64,000 nt of DNA from Bacteroidales bacterium (GCA_024400635.1 JAKSMI010000003.1:1076-65075), one strand, 5' to 3'; numbered from the stretch's first letter, positions 36,244-46,636 are shown. The notes: a model not told the origin generated them from the letters alone. Program-made: numbers and translations.

Positions 36244-37173
36244 ATGAAATTTTTCTTCATCATTAACGGACGAAAAGACAAAGCCATCATTGGGCAGGAG
36301 GTTAGGAAGCAATTGCGTATGCTTGCCGCCAGTTTTGAAGAATGGGATGATCAATTCGACATCTACCTTACGACAGGCGAAGGCGATGCCACACGTTTTG
36401 TGCGACTATACTGCGATTTGCATCCGGCAGAAAAAATATGTTTCATTGCCTGCGGTGGTGATGGCACCATCAACGAAGTGGCCTCCGGACTGGTTGGATT
36501 TCCCGGCAAGTCAATGTCCGTTTTAAACATTGGCGGCAACAGCGACTTTGTCAAATACTTTCCCGACCGTAATTTCAAATCGATTCACGACATTTTGGCC
36601 GGTGAAAATATCGCATTAGACATCATCAAAGTCAACGACAGCTATTCTTTTAATGTCGCGGATGTTGGTTTTGATGCCGACGTCAGTAATTTCGCCAACG
36701 AATATTCGCTTCTAGGTAAGAAAGAACCCTTCAAGCGCGGCATTGCACGGGCCTTGCTATTTTCGCGTTTCAACAAGATTACCGTCATCGCCGATGGCGA
36801 GAAATTAGGGAATCGCCTATTACTCTGCATATTGGCCAATGGTCGAATTTATGGTGACGGCATGATATGCGCCCCTAAAGCGAGCATGACGGATGGTCTT
36901 ATCGACGTTTGCCTTCTACGACCCATGTTGCTATGGCGTTTTCTGTACTTGTTGCCCATCTACAGCCGCGGAGAACATCTTGAAAACAAATTATTCAAGA
37001 ACAAAATCATCTATCGCCAGGCCAAGCACATTGACATAGCATCGAAAAAAGACCTTATCAACATTGGTCTTGACGGGGAAGTGATGCCTGGTACCAAATT
37101 CACGGTTGACATTCTGCCCCAAGCCATCAATTTCCGATTGCCAGCGGCAAAAGATCCAGCAGACGAGCGCTAA
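36244..37173 (+). CDS. diacylglycerol/lipid kinase family protein (YegS/BmrU-like)
   Basis: ACGGDGTINEV catalytic motif; about 300 aa, the typical length. Confidence 0.75.
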   Translation: MKFFFIINGRKDKAIIGQEVRKQLRMLAASFEEWDDQFDIYLTTGEGDATRFVRLYCDLHPAEKICFIACGGDGTINEVASGLVGFPGKSMSVLNIGGNSDFVKYFPDRNFKSIHDILAGENIALDIIKVNDSYSFNVADVGFDADVSNFANEYSLLGKKEPFKRGIARALLFSRFNKITVIADGEKLGNRLLLCILANGRIYGDGMICAPKASMTDGLIDVCLLRPMLLWRFLYLLPIYSRGEHLENKLFKNKIIYRQAKHIDIASKKDLINIGLDGEVMPGTKFTVDILPQAINFRLPAAKDPADER

Positions 37174-37819
37174 GATACGCCATCCATAAAGAAAAGGCGA
37201 CAAACAGCAGAGACCACAAAAATGCCGGCACATGCGTAAACTTCGTCAGATTTGTGGCATCTCCCGCTTTTCCTGAATCCTTAATGCTCAACGCCAACAA
37301 AATGAATGACGATGAGACTGCTTCCATTATGATTACAACGGAATAAAACAATGCCGCCATATTAACATACAAGGCCTCACCATCATAAAGCAGCCACGCA
37401 TTCAATCCGCAGAAAAGGATAATCCATATCAAGCCATAGACATTTCTGACCCATAATACCAGCATGAAGAGGAAAATCACCGAAAGCAGTATTATCAAGC
37501 CCTTTTGATAGCCGACATGATTGAGGTAGCAACAGAAGCAGCCCATCGCGGCAGCAAAAATATAACCAGAAAGTGACACCAGGATATTTCCAAAATTCGT
37601 TGGCGTTTGAGTTACCGTTGTTCCCGATGTATCACTCAGCAGCTCAATTTTATGAACTTTACCTTGCATCAGCAAAGCCATCAAGGCATGACCCAGCTCG
37701 TGTAATCCCGTATTGATAATGTTGAAGAACTTTCCAACGACAGGGATTCTTGGCAAGATGATGGCAATGACAATAAAGAAATAAACGGCAGGGATGCCCC
37801 AAAAAGATAGTGTTGTCAT
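37127..37819 (-). CDS. M50B-like integral membrane metallopeptidase
   Basis: HELGH zinc motif in the first cytoplasmic loop and six predicted TM helices. Its 3' end overlaps the convergent lipid kinase gene by 47 bp. Confidence 0.6.
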   Translation of the reverse strand: MTTLSFWGIPAVYFFIVIAIILPRIPVVGKFFNIINTGLHELGHALMALLMQGKVHKIELLSDTSGTTVTQTPTNFGNILVSLSGYIFAAAMGCFCCYLNHVGYQKGLIILLSVIFLFMLVLWVRNVYGLIWIILFCGLNAWLLYDGEALYVNMAALFYSVVIIMEAVSSSFILLALSIKDSGKAGDATNLTKFTHVPAFLWSLLFVAFSLWMAYLSARLLDLLPLAIGN

Positions 37820-37843
37820 TCTATTTCCTTATTGAGGATGCCA

Positions 37844-40144
37844 TTAATCAAAATCAAGTGGTTTTCGTTTTTCCTGGGCGGCTGGGTCTTCGCAACCTGT
37901 TGCCGGATCGCCACGAAAAGCATCGGGAACGGTAAAGGCATAACCATTGCCTTGAGTTTCGGCAATTTTCTTGTAAGGGAGTTCTGGATCGTTATAGCAT
38001 TTCTGCATGAACAAACCGAAGACTGGCAATGCGGTACGGGCACCCTGCCCTAACGCCGTGGAACGGAAGTGTGCGGCACGATCTTCGCAACCCACCCAGA
38101 TGCCACAGGTCAGCATGGGTGTATAACCGACAAACCAACCATCCGACTGGTTATCGGTAGTACCCGTTTTGCCGCCTAACGGGAACGACAGTTGATATTG
38201 TCCACGCAGACGGCGGCCAGTACCAAAATCTACCACGCCCTGCATCAGACGCACCGTTTTGAATGCCGTCACTTGGTCGATAGCCTCATTCGTCTTCGGA
38301 ACGTAGGTAAAAATGACATTACCTTCCTTATCGCAGATTTTGGTAATGAAAGTAGGTTCGACATACACGCCCTGATTGGGGAAGCAGTTGATAGCGCCGA
38401 CCTGCTCATACAATGACAATTCGCAGGCGCCGAGACAAATAGCAGGCACGGCAGGAATATCGGAAGTCATCCCCATACGGCGCACCAACTCGATGATAGC
38501 ATCCGGTCCATATTGTTTCATGATGTAGGCAGAAACCTGGTTGAGCGACTGCGCCAAGGCCTCTCGCAAAGGCATCATCTGACCTTCCTTATAATGACCC
38601 GAGTTGCGGGGCGTCCAGGTACGACCGTCAGGCAAGTGAATGGTTACCGGTATGTTCGGCACCATCGTACAAGGAGAGTAATCGCCCGTTGACATGGCAA
38701 CGGTATAGACATAGGGCTTGAAGGTCGAGCCCACCTGACGACGTGACAATTTCACGTGATCGTATTGGAAATACCTGTAATTGGTTCCGCCAACGTATGC
38801 TTTCACGTGACCGCTATTGACATCGACGGCCATCAAACCACAATGGAGGAATGATTTGTAATAGCGAATGGAGTCCATGGGAGTCATCACGGTATCCTTC
38901 ATGCCATTCCACGAAAAAACCTTCATTTCGACTTTCGTATTAAAAGCCTTTTTGATTTGTTCTTCGCTTGCACCGGCATCCTTCATACGCTGATAGCGAT
39001 CGGAACGTTTCATGGCAGAATTCAAGATACGATTGGTTTCCTCTTCGCTCAAATTGGCGAAAGGAGCATTTTCCTTACCCCGCCAATGTTCGAAAAACAT
39101 CGGTTGCAGATATTGACAGACATGCTCATACACAGCTTCTTCCGCGTGTCTTTGCATACGAGAGTCAATGGTGGTATAAATGCGAAGCCCATCGCTGTAG
39201 ATGTCGTAATGGGAGCCATCTGGTTTTGGATTTTCGCGGCACCACTCCGTCAGGTACTGTCGCAGATACTCACGGAAATAAGTAGCCAAGCCGGCGGTAT
39301 GGTCCTGAACAGAGAAGTTAGACATGTCAATCGGCAACTTCTGCAAGGAATCGCATTCCTCATCGGTAAGATAATCATACTTATTCATCTGTGAAAGAAC
39401 GGTATTTCGACGTTCACAGGAGGCATTGGGATTGCGTACGGGGCTGTATTTGGTAGGAGCCTTCAGCATTCCGACCAAAAGAGCAGCTTCCTCGGTATTC
39501 AAACCAATAGGTTCCTTATTGAAATAGGTTTTACTGGCGGATTTAATACCCATGGAATTATTACCAAAATCAACGGTATTAAAATAGAGTGCCATGATTT
39601 CGTTCTTCGAAAATTCGCGTTCCAGTTTAACAGCGACGACCCATTCCTTGAACTTTGTCAAAACGAGTTTCGCCTTGCTGGCATAAGGATCGCGGGGGAA
39701 AAGGTTTTTGGCCAACTGCTGGGTGATGGTACTTCCCCCGCCCCTATGGTCGTGGGTCAGCAGACCGAAAGAAACGCGGAACAAAGCACGGACATCGATA
39801 CCTGAATGTTTGTAAAAGCGGGCGTCTTCCGTAGCAATCAGGGCATTAACCAAAGCAGGAGAAATTTCCTCGAACTTACAATTCGAGCGATTTTCGAAGA
39901 AGTACTTGCCCAACAACACGCCATCTTCAGAATATATTTCGGTGGCCTGATTGGTTTCGGGATTTTCCAAATCAGCGAACGAAGGCATAAAGCCCAACCA
40001 TCCCATCGAAATCATCGAGAAGAGGAGTACCAAAGTTACCACGCCAGCGCCATAAATGATCCAAAATGGCTTAATCCACTTGCTGTACGGACCTTTATTC
40101 TTAACGTTTTTCTTTGTTTTCTTTTGCGTTTCTGATGTATACAT
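37844..40144 (-). CDS. mrcA: penicillin-binding protein 1A (bifunctional glycosyltransferase/transpeptidase)
   Basis: GT51 motifs (ATEDARFYKHSGID, GGSTITQQLAKN) and transpeptidase STFKP. I prefer the ATG at 40144 (MYTSETQKK) because a -7 box lies inside the longer ORF that starts at 40177. Confidence 0.88.
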   Translation of the reverse strand: MYTSETQKKTKKNVKNKGPYSKWIKPFWIIYGAGVVTLVLLFSMISMGWLGFMPSFADLENPETNQATEIYSEDGVLLGKYFFENRSNCKFEEISPALVNALIATEDARFYKHSGIDVRALFRVSFGLLTHDHRGGGSTITQQLAKNLFPRDPYASKAKLVLTKFKEWVVAVKLEREFSKNEIMALYFNTVDFGNNSMGIKSASKTYFNKEPIGLNTEEAALLVGMLKAPTKYSPVRNPNASCERRNTVLSQMNKYDYLTDEECDSLQKLPIDMSNFSVQDHTAGLATYFREYLRQYLTEWCRENPKPDGSHYDIYSDGLRIYTTIDSRMQRHAEEAVYEHVCQYLQPMFFEHWRGKENAPFANLSEEETNRILNSAMKRSDRYQRMKDAGASEEQIKKAFNTKVEMKVFSWNGMKDTVMTPMDSIRYYKSFLHCGLMAVDVNSGHVKAYVGGTNYRYFQYDHVKLSRRQVGSTFKPYVYTVAMSTGDYSPCTMVPNIPVTIHLPDGRTWTPRNSGHYKEGQMMPLREALAQSLNQVSAYIMKQYGPDAIIELVRRMGMTSDIPAVPAICLGACELSLYEQVGAINCFPNQGVYVEPTFITKICDKEGNVIFTYVPKTNEAIDQVTAFKTVRLMQGVVDFGTGRRLRGQYQLSFPLGGKTGTTDNQSDGWFVGYTPMLTCGIWVGCEDRAAHFRSTALGQGARTALPVFGLFMQKCYNDPELPYKKIAETQGNGYAFTVPDAFRGDPATGCEDPAAQEKRKPLDFD

Positions 40145-40174
40145 ACTACTACGACATATTAAAAAAAACATCAG

Positions 40175-40182
40175 CAAAGGTA
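40175..40182 (-). promoter_or_regulatory. candidate -7 box (TACCTTTG) for PBP1A
   Basis: The reverse complement of caaaggta matches TAnnTTTG, 31 nt upstream of the ATG at 40144. Confidence 0.45.
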
Positions 40183-40264
40183 CAACATAAATTAAAGAAA
40201 TACCACCTTGGAGAATATTTTTTTCAACATTGGTTCGTGAATAGAAACCATTCGTATTCGCGCA

Positions 40265-40303
40265 ACAAAAAATTCCGTGGAGTCTGTCGAGTCCACGGAA
40301 TTT
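40265..40303 (-). terminator. intrinsic terminator of thrS
   Basis: On the minus strand, attccgtgga-N10-tccacggaat is followed by a U6 run. Confidence 0.75.
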
Positions 40304-40352
40304 CGTACTATCATTAATTTTAAAAATGCTTTAGTATCTCAATAAAATCCCA

Positions 40353-42299
40353 TTAGAATGGTTTGATATTTTTATTATTGATATCTTCCTGGATCAGTTT
40401 TACAAATTCTTCCACAGAAGAACTGCCTCTTTCGCCACTGATACGGCTCCATACGGAAACCGTATTTTCGTCGGCTTCCTTCTGGCCCACAATAAGCGCG
40501 TATGGCAAGCGATCCATACGGGTTTCGCGCAGTTTATAGCCAATCTTTTCCGAACGGGTATCAACGGTAACGCGGATACCGGCCTTAGCTAACTGAAGAC
40601 GGATTTGTTCGGCATAATCGTGGAATTTGTCAGAGATAGGAAGTATTCGCACCTGTTCGGGGCACAACCAAGTTGGGAATTTACCCTCGTATTTTTCAAT
40701 CAGCCAGGCGAGGGTTCTCTCATAGCAGCCCATGCTGGTGCGGTGGATGATATATGGACGGACCTTCTGACCATCAGTATCAATGTAATACATGTCAAAT
40801 TGTTCTGCCAAGAGAGCATCCCACTGAACCGTAATCATCGTATCTTCCTTGCCATAAACATTCTTGGCATTGATGTCAACTTTAGGACCATAGAAAGCGG
40901 CTTCACCCACATCCTCGGTAAAATTGATATTCAATTCCGTAAGAATTTCACGGATATGCTGTTCTGAGGAGTTCCATGCTTCGGGAGTGCCGATGTATTT
41001 TTTCGTATCTGCGGGATCCCATTTCGACAAATGATACGTCACATCTTCTTCAACGCCGAGCACTGTCAAGCAATGTTTAGCCAAAGCCAAGCATTTTTTG
41101 AATTCGTCCACCATCTGGTCAGGACGAACAATAAGGTGGCCTTCAGTGATTGTAAATTGGCGAACGCGGGTCAAGCCGTGCATTTCGCCAGAGTCTTCGT
41201 TACGGAACAAGGTTGAAGTTTCGCTGTAGCGCTTGGGCAGGTCACGGTATGATTTTTGCGAAGCCTTGTACACGTAATACTGGAATGGGCAGGTCATTGG
41301 ACGGAGAGCGAACACTTCATCGTCTTTTTCCTCGTCACCCATCACGAACATGCCATCTTTATAATGATCCCAGTGTCCAGAAATCTTATACAGGTCGCTC
41401 TTTGCCATCAACGGAGTTTTCGTACGGGTATAGCCCCATTCATTATCTTCCAGGTCTTCAATCCAGCGTTGGAGTGTCTGCACGATTTTAGCGCCCTTAG
41501 GCATCAACAACGGCAAGCCCTGGCCAATGACATCGACAGTGGTGAAGAGTTCCATTTCGCGGCCCAATTTGTTATGGTCGCGATTCCTGATATTTTCCAG
41601 GTACTCCAAATGAGCCTCCAAATCCTCCTTGCTGAAGAAAGCGACACCATGAATACGGTTCAGAGACTTGTTGTTGCGGTCGCCTCTCCAATAGGTTGCT
41701 GACGAGGACAACAGTTTGAAAGCCTTGATCAATCTTGTATTCAGCAAATGAGGGCCTGTACAAAGGTCGATATAATCATCTTGTGCATAAGTAGTTATAC
41801 GTTCACCTTCGGGAACAGCGTCCAGCAATTCGATTTTATAAGGTTCATCCTTTTCAGTAAAAATCTGGCGAGCTTCCTCGCGGGAAACGATTTTACGTTC
41901 CAGTCTGGTGGCCTTTTTAATGATGCTCTTCATTTCCTTTTCGATGGCATCTAAGTCTGCACGGCTGAAAGGTTGTTCACTATCAAAATCATAGAAGAAG
42001 CCTTTATCAGTAGAAGGGCCGATGGTGATTTTTGCCGTAGGGTAAAGATGTTTCACGGCCTCAGCCATGATATGAGCGGTGGTGTGGCGCAGCACAGCCA
42101 ATGATTCCGGAGCATCCTTGTCAAGAAGTTCGATTTCGCAATCGCCCGTCACCACATCGCGCAAGTCAACGAGACGGCCGTCTATCTTTGCGGCACAGAA
42201 AGAATTGAGGACTTCGGGATTAACGCGGAGAATCAAATCAATAATTGAACAAGGTTCGTCAAAAGTAACTTGACCTAAATTTTTTAATGTTGCAATCAT
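40353..42299 (-). CDS. thrS: threonine--tRNA ligase
   Basis: 648 aa with a TGS N-domain, editing-domain HTTAH motif, class II core and C-terminal anticodon-binding domain. Confidence 0.95.
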   Translation of the reverse strand: MIATLKNLGQVTFDEPCSIIDLILRVNPEVLNSFCAAKIDGRLVDLRDVVTGDCEIELLDKDAPESLAVLRHTTAHIMAEAVKHLYPTAKITIGPSTDKGFFYDFDSEQPFSRADLDAIEKEMKSIIKKATRLERKIVSREEARQIFTEKDEPYKIELLDAVPEGERITTYAQDDYIDLCTGPHLLNTRLIKAFKLLSSSATYWRGDRNNKSLNRIHGVAFFSKEDLEAHLEYLENIRNRDHNKLGREMELFTTVDVIGQGLPLLMPKGAKIVQTLQRWIEDLEDNEWGYTRTKTPLMAKSDLYKISGHWDHYKDGMFVMGDEEKDDEVFALRPMTCPFQYYVYKASQKSYRDLPKRYSETSTLFRNEDSGEMHGLTRVRQFTITEGHLIVRPDQMVDEFKKCLALAKHCLTVLGVEEDVTYHLSKWDPADTKKYIGTPEAWNSSEQHIREILTELNINFTEDVGEAAFYGPKVDINAKNVYGKEDTMITVQWDALLAEQFDMYYIDTDGQKVRPYIIHRTSMGCYERTLAWLIEKYEGKFPTWLCPEQVRILPISDKFHDYAEQIRLQLAKAGIRVTVDTRSEKIGYKLRETRMDRLPYALIVGQKEADENTVSVWSRISGERGSSSVEEFVKLIQEDINNKNIKPF

Positions 42300-42327
42300 T
42301 ACTAATATTTTTTACAAAAATTGTGTG

Positions 42328-42335
42328 CAAAGATA
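42328..42335 (-). promoter_or_regulatory. candidate -7 box (TATCTTTG) for thrS
   Basis: The reverse complement of caaagata matches TAnnTTTG, 29 nt upstream of the ATG. Confidence 0.45.
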
Positions 42336-42481
42336 CAACTTTTTCACTGAAAAACATTGGGCTTCCTAAATTTTAAGAAAAATATTTCGAAGATTGAATT
42401 TTCCGAATTCTAAAGTTAAACCGACCCTTTCAGCTTGGCAAAGGATTAGAAATGTTGGTTATCCCCCCCTGGAAACAAAAC

Positions 42482-42513
42482 AAAAAAGCACTTGCCGTTT
42501 TACTTACAAGTGC
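42482..42513 (-). terminator. intrinsic terminator after tRNA-Ala
   Basis: On the minus strand, gcacttg-N12-caagtgc is followed by a U6 run. Confidence 0.7.
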
Positions 42514-42526
42514 TTGATTTTGAGAG

Positions 42527-42600
42527 TGGAGCGTATGAGAATCGAACTCACGACCTCTTGACTGCCAGTCAAACGCTCTAGCCAACTGAGCTAACGCCCC
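42527..42600 (-). tRNA. tRNA-Ala (anticodon GGC)
   Basis: Cloverleaf folded by hand from GGGGCGTTAGCTCAGTTGGCTAGAGCGTTTGACTGGCAGTCAAGAGGTCGTGAGTTCGATTCTCATACGCTCCA. It carries the G3:U70 alanine identity pair and anticodon loop CTGGCAG. Confidence 0.9.
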
Positions 42601-42620
42601 ATCTTTGCTAAATGCGGGTG

Positions 42621-42628
42621 CAAAAATA
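42621..42628 (-). promoter_or_regulatory. candidate -7 box (TATTTTTG) for tRNA-Ala
   Basis: The reverse complement of caaaaata lies 21 nt upstream of the tRNA 5' end. Confidence 0.45.
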
Positions 42629-42764
42629 CAAATTTTTTCGTTACAAAAATAATGTTTGGGATTTTTTGGCAATAAAATTTCAATTATCAAAAAACTGATG
42701 ATTGGAATTTATGGTTCTGTATTCTACGGAACAACAGGTCTCATTCCTCCAGCACGCTTTTCAA

Positions 42765-42813
42765 AACCGAAAGGCAAAACCTTGTAACTTGCTTACTTGC
42801 AGGGTTTTGCCTT
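42765..42813 (-). terminator. hairpin/terminator after tRNA-Glu
   Basis: On the minus strand, ggcaaaacc-N21-ggttttgcc is followed by a U-rich tract (uucgguuuu). Confidence 0.5.
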
Positions 42814-42819
42814 TACTTG

Positions 42820-42893
42820 TACTGCATGCGGGATTCGAACCCGCGATCCTCAGACTGAGAATCTGATGTCCTGGACCACTAGACGAATGCAGC
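42820..42893 (-). tRNA. tRNA-Glu (anticodon CTC)
   Basis: Hand-folded cloverleaf from GCTGCATTCGTCTAGTGGTCCAGGACATCAGATTCTCAGTCTGAGGATCGCGGGTTCGAATCCCGCATGCAGTA, with anticodon loop TTCTCAG. Confidence 0.8.
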
Positions 42894-42908
42894 TTTCGAA
42901 ATCGGCGG

Positions 42909-42916
42909 CAAAAGTA
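42909..42916 (-). promoter_or_regulatory. candidate -7 box (TACTTTTG) for tRNA-Glu
   Basis: The reverse complement of caaaagta lies 16 nt upstream of the tRNA 5' end. Confidence 0.45.
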
Positions 42917-43052
42917 CAACTTTTTTTCTAATTGGCAATTGATATCTATGATTTTTATTTTCCATGTTACTTGGGGTTCAGACTTCCACACTGGCCAACT
43001 TCACATCTTAACATCACATTTTATAATTTAGTCAAAATTCAGGTCCAACATT

Positions 43053-44168
43053 TCACAATTCTATTTTCTTCCTGTAACACCGCCTCCGGAAATAAGGTTC
43101 CGCCTCATAGCGATCCCAGATGCGTGTAGCCACATTGGTTTCCAACTGCTGTGAAGTGAAAGCATATTCGAAGCCTTTGGCAATGAAATTTTCATGCAAC
43201 TGCTTATGATAAATCACATGAATTCCCGTATGCTGATACTCCGGCAACAACCCCGTCAAATACATATCCACATTTTTGTTGTGTTTCAGCGCCCGCAAAA
43301 CGTGAAACCACCCACAGGGAAACAGTTTGCCGCCAGCCTTATGAAACGCCTCGCTCAACGATGGCAGACAAAAGGCAAAACCCACAATCCGACCTTCCTT
43401 ATCCTCCAAGACCGACGACAACTTCAAATCCGCCACCTGGAAATTCTCGGCAATAGTCCACTGTATCTCTTCATCCGTCAGTGGAATGAAATTGAAAATA
43501 TTGACATAGCTGCGATTCAACACATGAAAGAACTCTAAACCGCACTGCTTTAGTTCCTCTTTCGTAGCAAACTTCCGCAGTCTGACTTGATACTTTTCCG
43601 AAAGCATTTTCGACAGCTGGTCAAATTTTTCCGGGACAGATCCAATTTTTATCTTGTATTGAATATAATCAACTTCTTTTTCAAAATGAAGATTATCAAG
43701 CAATTGCGGATAATACGGATAATTATAATCGGCACCGACATTCGGCATGTGGTCAAAGCCGTCGACCAACATTGCCTGCTTCTCCATGTTGGAAAATCGC
43801 GATGGACCGCAAATTTCCACAAGATTTTGTGCTCTCCCCCACTCTTCCACAACGGCAAACAAAGCTCTTGCCACATTGATATCATCAACGGCATCGAACC
43901 ACGAAAAGCGAATACGCCGTTGCTGCTTTATCTCGTTGCATTTATGGTTGATGAGGCCGGCGATACGTCCTACGATTTCACCATCACGGTAGGCCAGCCA
44001 CATGCGCAAATCGCAGAAAGCCATTGCAGGATGACGCGTCAAACACGCAAACTCTCCCCTGTCCAATGGTGGCACAAAACACGTACAGTCTTTATACAAA
44101 AGCTTTGGGAACTCAATAAATTTCCAAATTTCCTTCTCTGTCAAGACTTCTTTGATAATGACGTTCAT
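43053..44168 (-). CDS. conserved hypothetical protein, probable GNAT-fold acyltransferase family
   Basis: About 371 aa starting at MNVIIKEV. The longer ORF to 44222 would overlap galE. Resembles the Bacteroidota roughly 370-aa N-acetyltransferase-like family; no catalytic motif verified. Confidence 0.45.
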   Translation of the reverse strand: MNVIIKEVLTEKEIWKFIEFPKLLYKDCTCFVPPLDRGEFACLTRHPAMAFCDLRMWLAYRDGEIVGRIAGLINHKCNEIKQQRRIRFSWFDAVDDINVARALFAVVEEWGRAQNLVEICGPSRFSNMEKQAMLVDGFDHMPNVGADYNYPYYPQLLDNLHFEKEVDYIQYKIKIGSVPEKFDQLSKMLSEKYQVRLRKFATKEELKQCGLEFFHVLNRSYVNIFNFIPLTDEEIQWTIAENFQVADLKLSSVLEDKEGRIVGFAFCLPSLSEAFHKAGGKLFPCGWFHVLRALKHNKNVDMYLTGLLPEYQHTGIHVIYHKQLHENFIAKGFEYAFTSQQLETNVATRIWDRYEAEPYFRRRCYRKKIEL

Positions 44169-44202
44169 TAGGGTAGAGAACTGAGAACAATAATTTTGTT
44201 TC

Positions 44203-45240
44203 TTAATTTCGTTGCTCCCCATTGAGCTGTTTTTCCCACTTCCAAGCCGACTCTACCATATCGTTGATGTCGTGTTGGCAACGCCAGCCGAGAAGCTGGT
44301 TGGCGCGCTGGCTGTCGCTGTAGATGGCAGGCACATCGCCTGGCCGGCGCTCACCGAAAACGCAATTCAGCTTTATGCCGTTGACTTTCTCGAATGCATC
44401 AATCATTTCGATGACCGACACACCCTTTCCACTTCCCAAATTGAAAGTTTCACAGTTGCTCGCATTCTTGCCATCCAGCAAGAACTGCAAAGCTTTGACG
44501 TGGGCATCGGCAATATCGCAAACGTGAATGTAATCACGGATACATGAACCATCTCGCGTATCGTAATCCGTTCCGAAAACCGTTAGCTTGGGAAGTTTCC
44601 CGATAGCCACCTGCGTGACAATAGGCATCAGATTATTGGGCTTGTCGGGAGATAATTCTCCAATCAAACCGCTCATATCGTTTCCTACAGGATTGAAATA
44701 ACGAAGGATGACACTTTGCAATTCCGGATTCTGTTCCGCACAAAAGTGAATCATCTGCTCACCAATTTGCTTGGTATGCGCATAAGGACAAAATGGAACA
44801 CCCAACGGCGTGTTTTCGGTTACGGGCAAATCCTTCACGTCGCCATATACTGATGCCGAGGATGAGAAAATCAGATTGCGCACACCGAATTTTCCGCAAG
44901 CGTCCAAAACATTCTCCAACGAGCCCAAATTGTTGCGGTAATACATCAGTGGCTGCGCCACCGACTCTGGGACACATTTGAATGCCGCAAAATGGATAAC
45001 ACCCGCAATATCTTCTTCTTTTTTAAAAATATCGAAAAAAGATTTTTTATCACAAATGTCTATTTTATAGTGTTTTACACGAATACCCGTAACTTTTTCT
45101 ATACGATCTAATGTTTCTGGTGTAGAGCGGATGCAACTATCTACAGCAATAGGCTCAAAAAGTCCACTGCGCAAAAGCTCAATGATGGTGTGAGAACCAA
45201 TATATCCAGTACCACCGCTGACTAATATTTTATGTTTCAT
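44203..45240 (-). CDS. galE: UDP-glucose 4-epimerase
   Basis: GGTGYIGSH Rossmann motif, the YxxxK region and 345 aa. Confidence 0.9.
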   Translation of the reverse strand: MKHKILVSGGTGYIGSHTIIELLRSGLFEPIAVDSCIRSTPETLDRIEKVTGIRVKHYKIDICDKKSFFDIFKKEEDIAGVIHFAAFKCVPESVAQPLMYYRNNLGSLENVLDACGKFGVRNLIFSSSASVYGDVKDLPVTENTPLGVPFCPYAHTKQIGEQMIHFCAEQNPELQSVILRYFNPVGNDMSGLIGELSPDKPNNLMPIVTQVAIGKLPKLTVFGTDYDTRDGSCIRDYIHVCDIADAHVKALQFLLDGKNASNCETFNLGSGKGVSVIEMIDAFEKVNGIKLNCVFGERRPGDVPAIYSDSQRANQLLGWRCQHDINDMVESAWKWEKQLNGEQRN

Positions 45241-45251
45241 AAGATTAGATT

Positions 45252-45980
45252 TTACATATACAAACCACCGTTCACCGAAATCACTTCCCCAGTTATATAG
45301 GAAGCATCGTCAGAAGCAAGAAAACCCACCACCGCGGCAATTTCTTCCGGTTGCGCAAATCGTCCAACAGGAATCATCTTCTTCAGCGTAGCTTCATCGA
45401 GGTCCTTGGTCATATCCGTGGCGACAAATCCCGGGGCAACGGCATTGACCGTAATCTTACGGCTGGCAAGCTCCTGAGCCAAAGCCTTTGTCGCGCCAAT
45501 CAAGCCAGCCTTTGCGGCAGAATAATTCACCTGGCCCTTCTGACCAGAGATACCCGACAAAGAGGCAATGTTGACAATACGTCCATTGCGCTGCGAAATC
45601 ATATCCTTCACCACCGATTTGGCCATATTGAAAAAGCCGTTCAAATGAGTATTCAAGACCGTATGCCAATCTTCATCGCTCATAAAAGCCAAGAGCGTAT
45701 CCCGGCGAATGCCGGCATTGTTGACGAGAACAGAGATATGATCTTCAGGGTGGCCTTCTCTCCATTTTGAAATGGCAGCATCGACAGACTCGCGACTCGC
45801 CACATCAAAAGGAAGCAACTCGGCTTTTCCACCAGCTTCTTCTATCATCGACCTTGTCTCATCAGCCGCAGTACTATTGCTGCTGAAATTGATAAGAATG
45901 GGATATCCCATTTTTGACAACTTTACACAAACGGCACGACCTATTCCGCGAGAGCCACCTGTTACCAATGCATAATTCAT
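45252..45980 (-). CDS. fabG: 3-oxoacyl-[ACP] reductase (SDR family)
   Basis: TGGSRGIGRA, NNAG and YSAAKAG motifs. 242 aa. Confidence 0.8.
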   Translation of the reverse strand: MNYALVTGGSRGIGRAVCVKLSKMGYPILINFSSNSTAADETRSMIEEAGGKAELLPFDVASRESVDAAISKWREGHPEDHISVLVNNAGIRRDTLLAFMSDEDWHTVLNTHLNGFFNMAKSVVKDMISQRNGRIVNIASLSGISGQKGQVNYSAAKAGLIGATKALAQELASRKITVNAVAPGFVATDMTKDLDEATLKKMIPVGRFAQPEEIAAVVGFLASDDASYITGEVISVNGGLYM

Positions 45981-45997
45981 AATACTTGCTTTTATAC

Positions 45998-46032
45998 AAT
46001 AAATGACTTTGTCAAGGGCAAAGTCATTTATT
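45998..46032. terminator. 14-bp-stem hairpin between atpF and fabG (probable atpBEF terminator)
   Basis: aataaatgactttg-tcaaggg-caaagtcatttatt, a perfect palindromic stem. Only a weak U tract follows on the minus strand. Confidence 0.5.
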
Positions 46033-46129
46033 CATTATCACGATTTCCTATTTTTTCAATTTTTCTTCAGAAGGAAACACCTTATTTTCTTTCCTTGAAA
46101 TTATTTTCAACATCTTAAAAGTCAAAGAC

Positions 46130-46636
46130 TTAATTCATATTCAATTCTTTAATCCAACTCTCGATAAGCTCTTCTTGTTTTTGCTTATCCGAAAGTTCCT
46201 TGCGCAGCACTTTTTCCGCAATGACGATTGAAAGGTTGGCAATTTCGTTTTTGATATCAGTCATTGCCTTTTTCTTTTCAAAATCAATGGACTTCTTTGC
46301 ATCTTCCAACATTCTGGCAGTTTCCGCAGCAGCTTTTGCCTTAGCATCGTCATACATTTTCTCACTGATTTTGCGAGCATCCGACAAAACCTTGTCGCGT
46401 TCGTTCTTGGCTTCTTCCAACTTCTGGGCATATTTTTGTTCGAGGGTTGCCAATTCTCTATTAATACGTTCTGCTTCAGCTAATTGTGACGAAATATATT
46501 CTTCTCTTTTGGCAATGCTTTTCGTAATGACGGGCCAGGCGAATTTAGCCAGGATAAAGACCAAAATGGCAAAACCGACGACCATCCAGAACAATAAACC
46601 AAACGATGGAGAAATAAGAGAGGCTAATAGTGTCAT
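46130..46636 (-). CDS. atpF: F0F1 ATP synthase subunit b
   Basis: Single N-terminal TM helix followed by a long charged helix. 168 aa. Follows atpE. Confidence 0.85.
   Translation of the reverse strand: MTLLASLISPSFGLLFWMVVGFAILVFILAKFAWPVITKSIAKREEYISSQLAEAERINRELATLEQKYAQKLEEAKNERDKVLSDARKISEKMYDDAKAKAAAETARMLEDAKKSIDFEKKKAMTDIKNEIANLSIVIAEKVLRKELSDKQKQEELIESWIKELNMN

Noticed and set aside
37127-37173. 47-bp overlap of the convergent lipid kinase and M50-like genes, considered as a possible antisense regulatory arrangement
   Set aside because: Short convergent 3' overlaps are common. Either C-terminus could be slightly shorter in reality, and nothing else supports regulation.
42430-42991. 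ORFs 42430-42690 and 42761-42991 (minus strand)
   Set aside because: They run through tRNA-Ala and tRNA-Glu together with their terminators and promoters, so they are artefactual.
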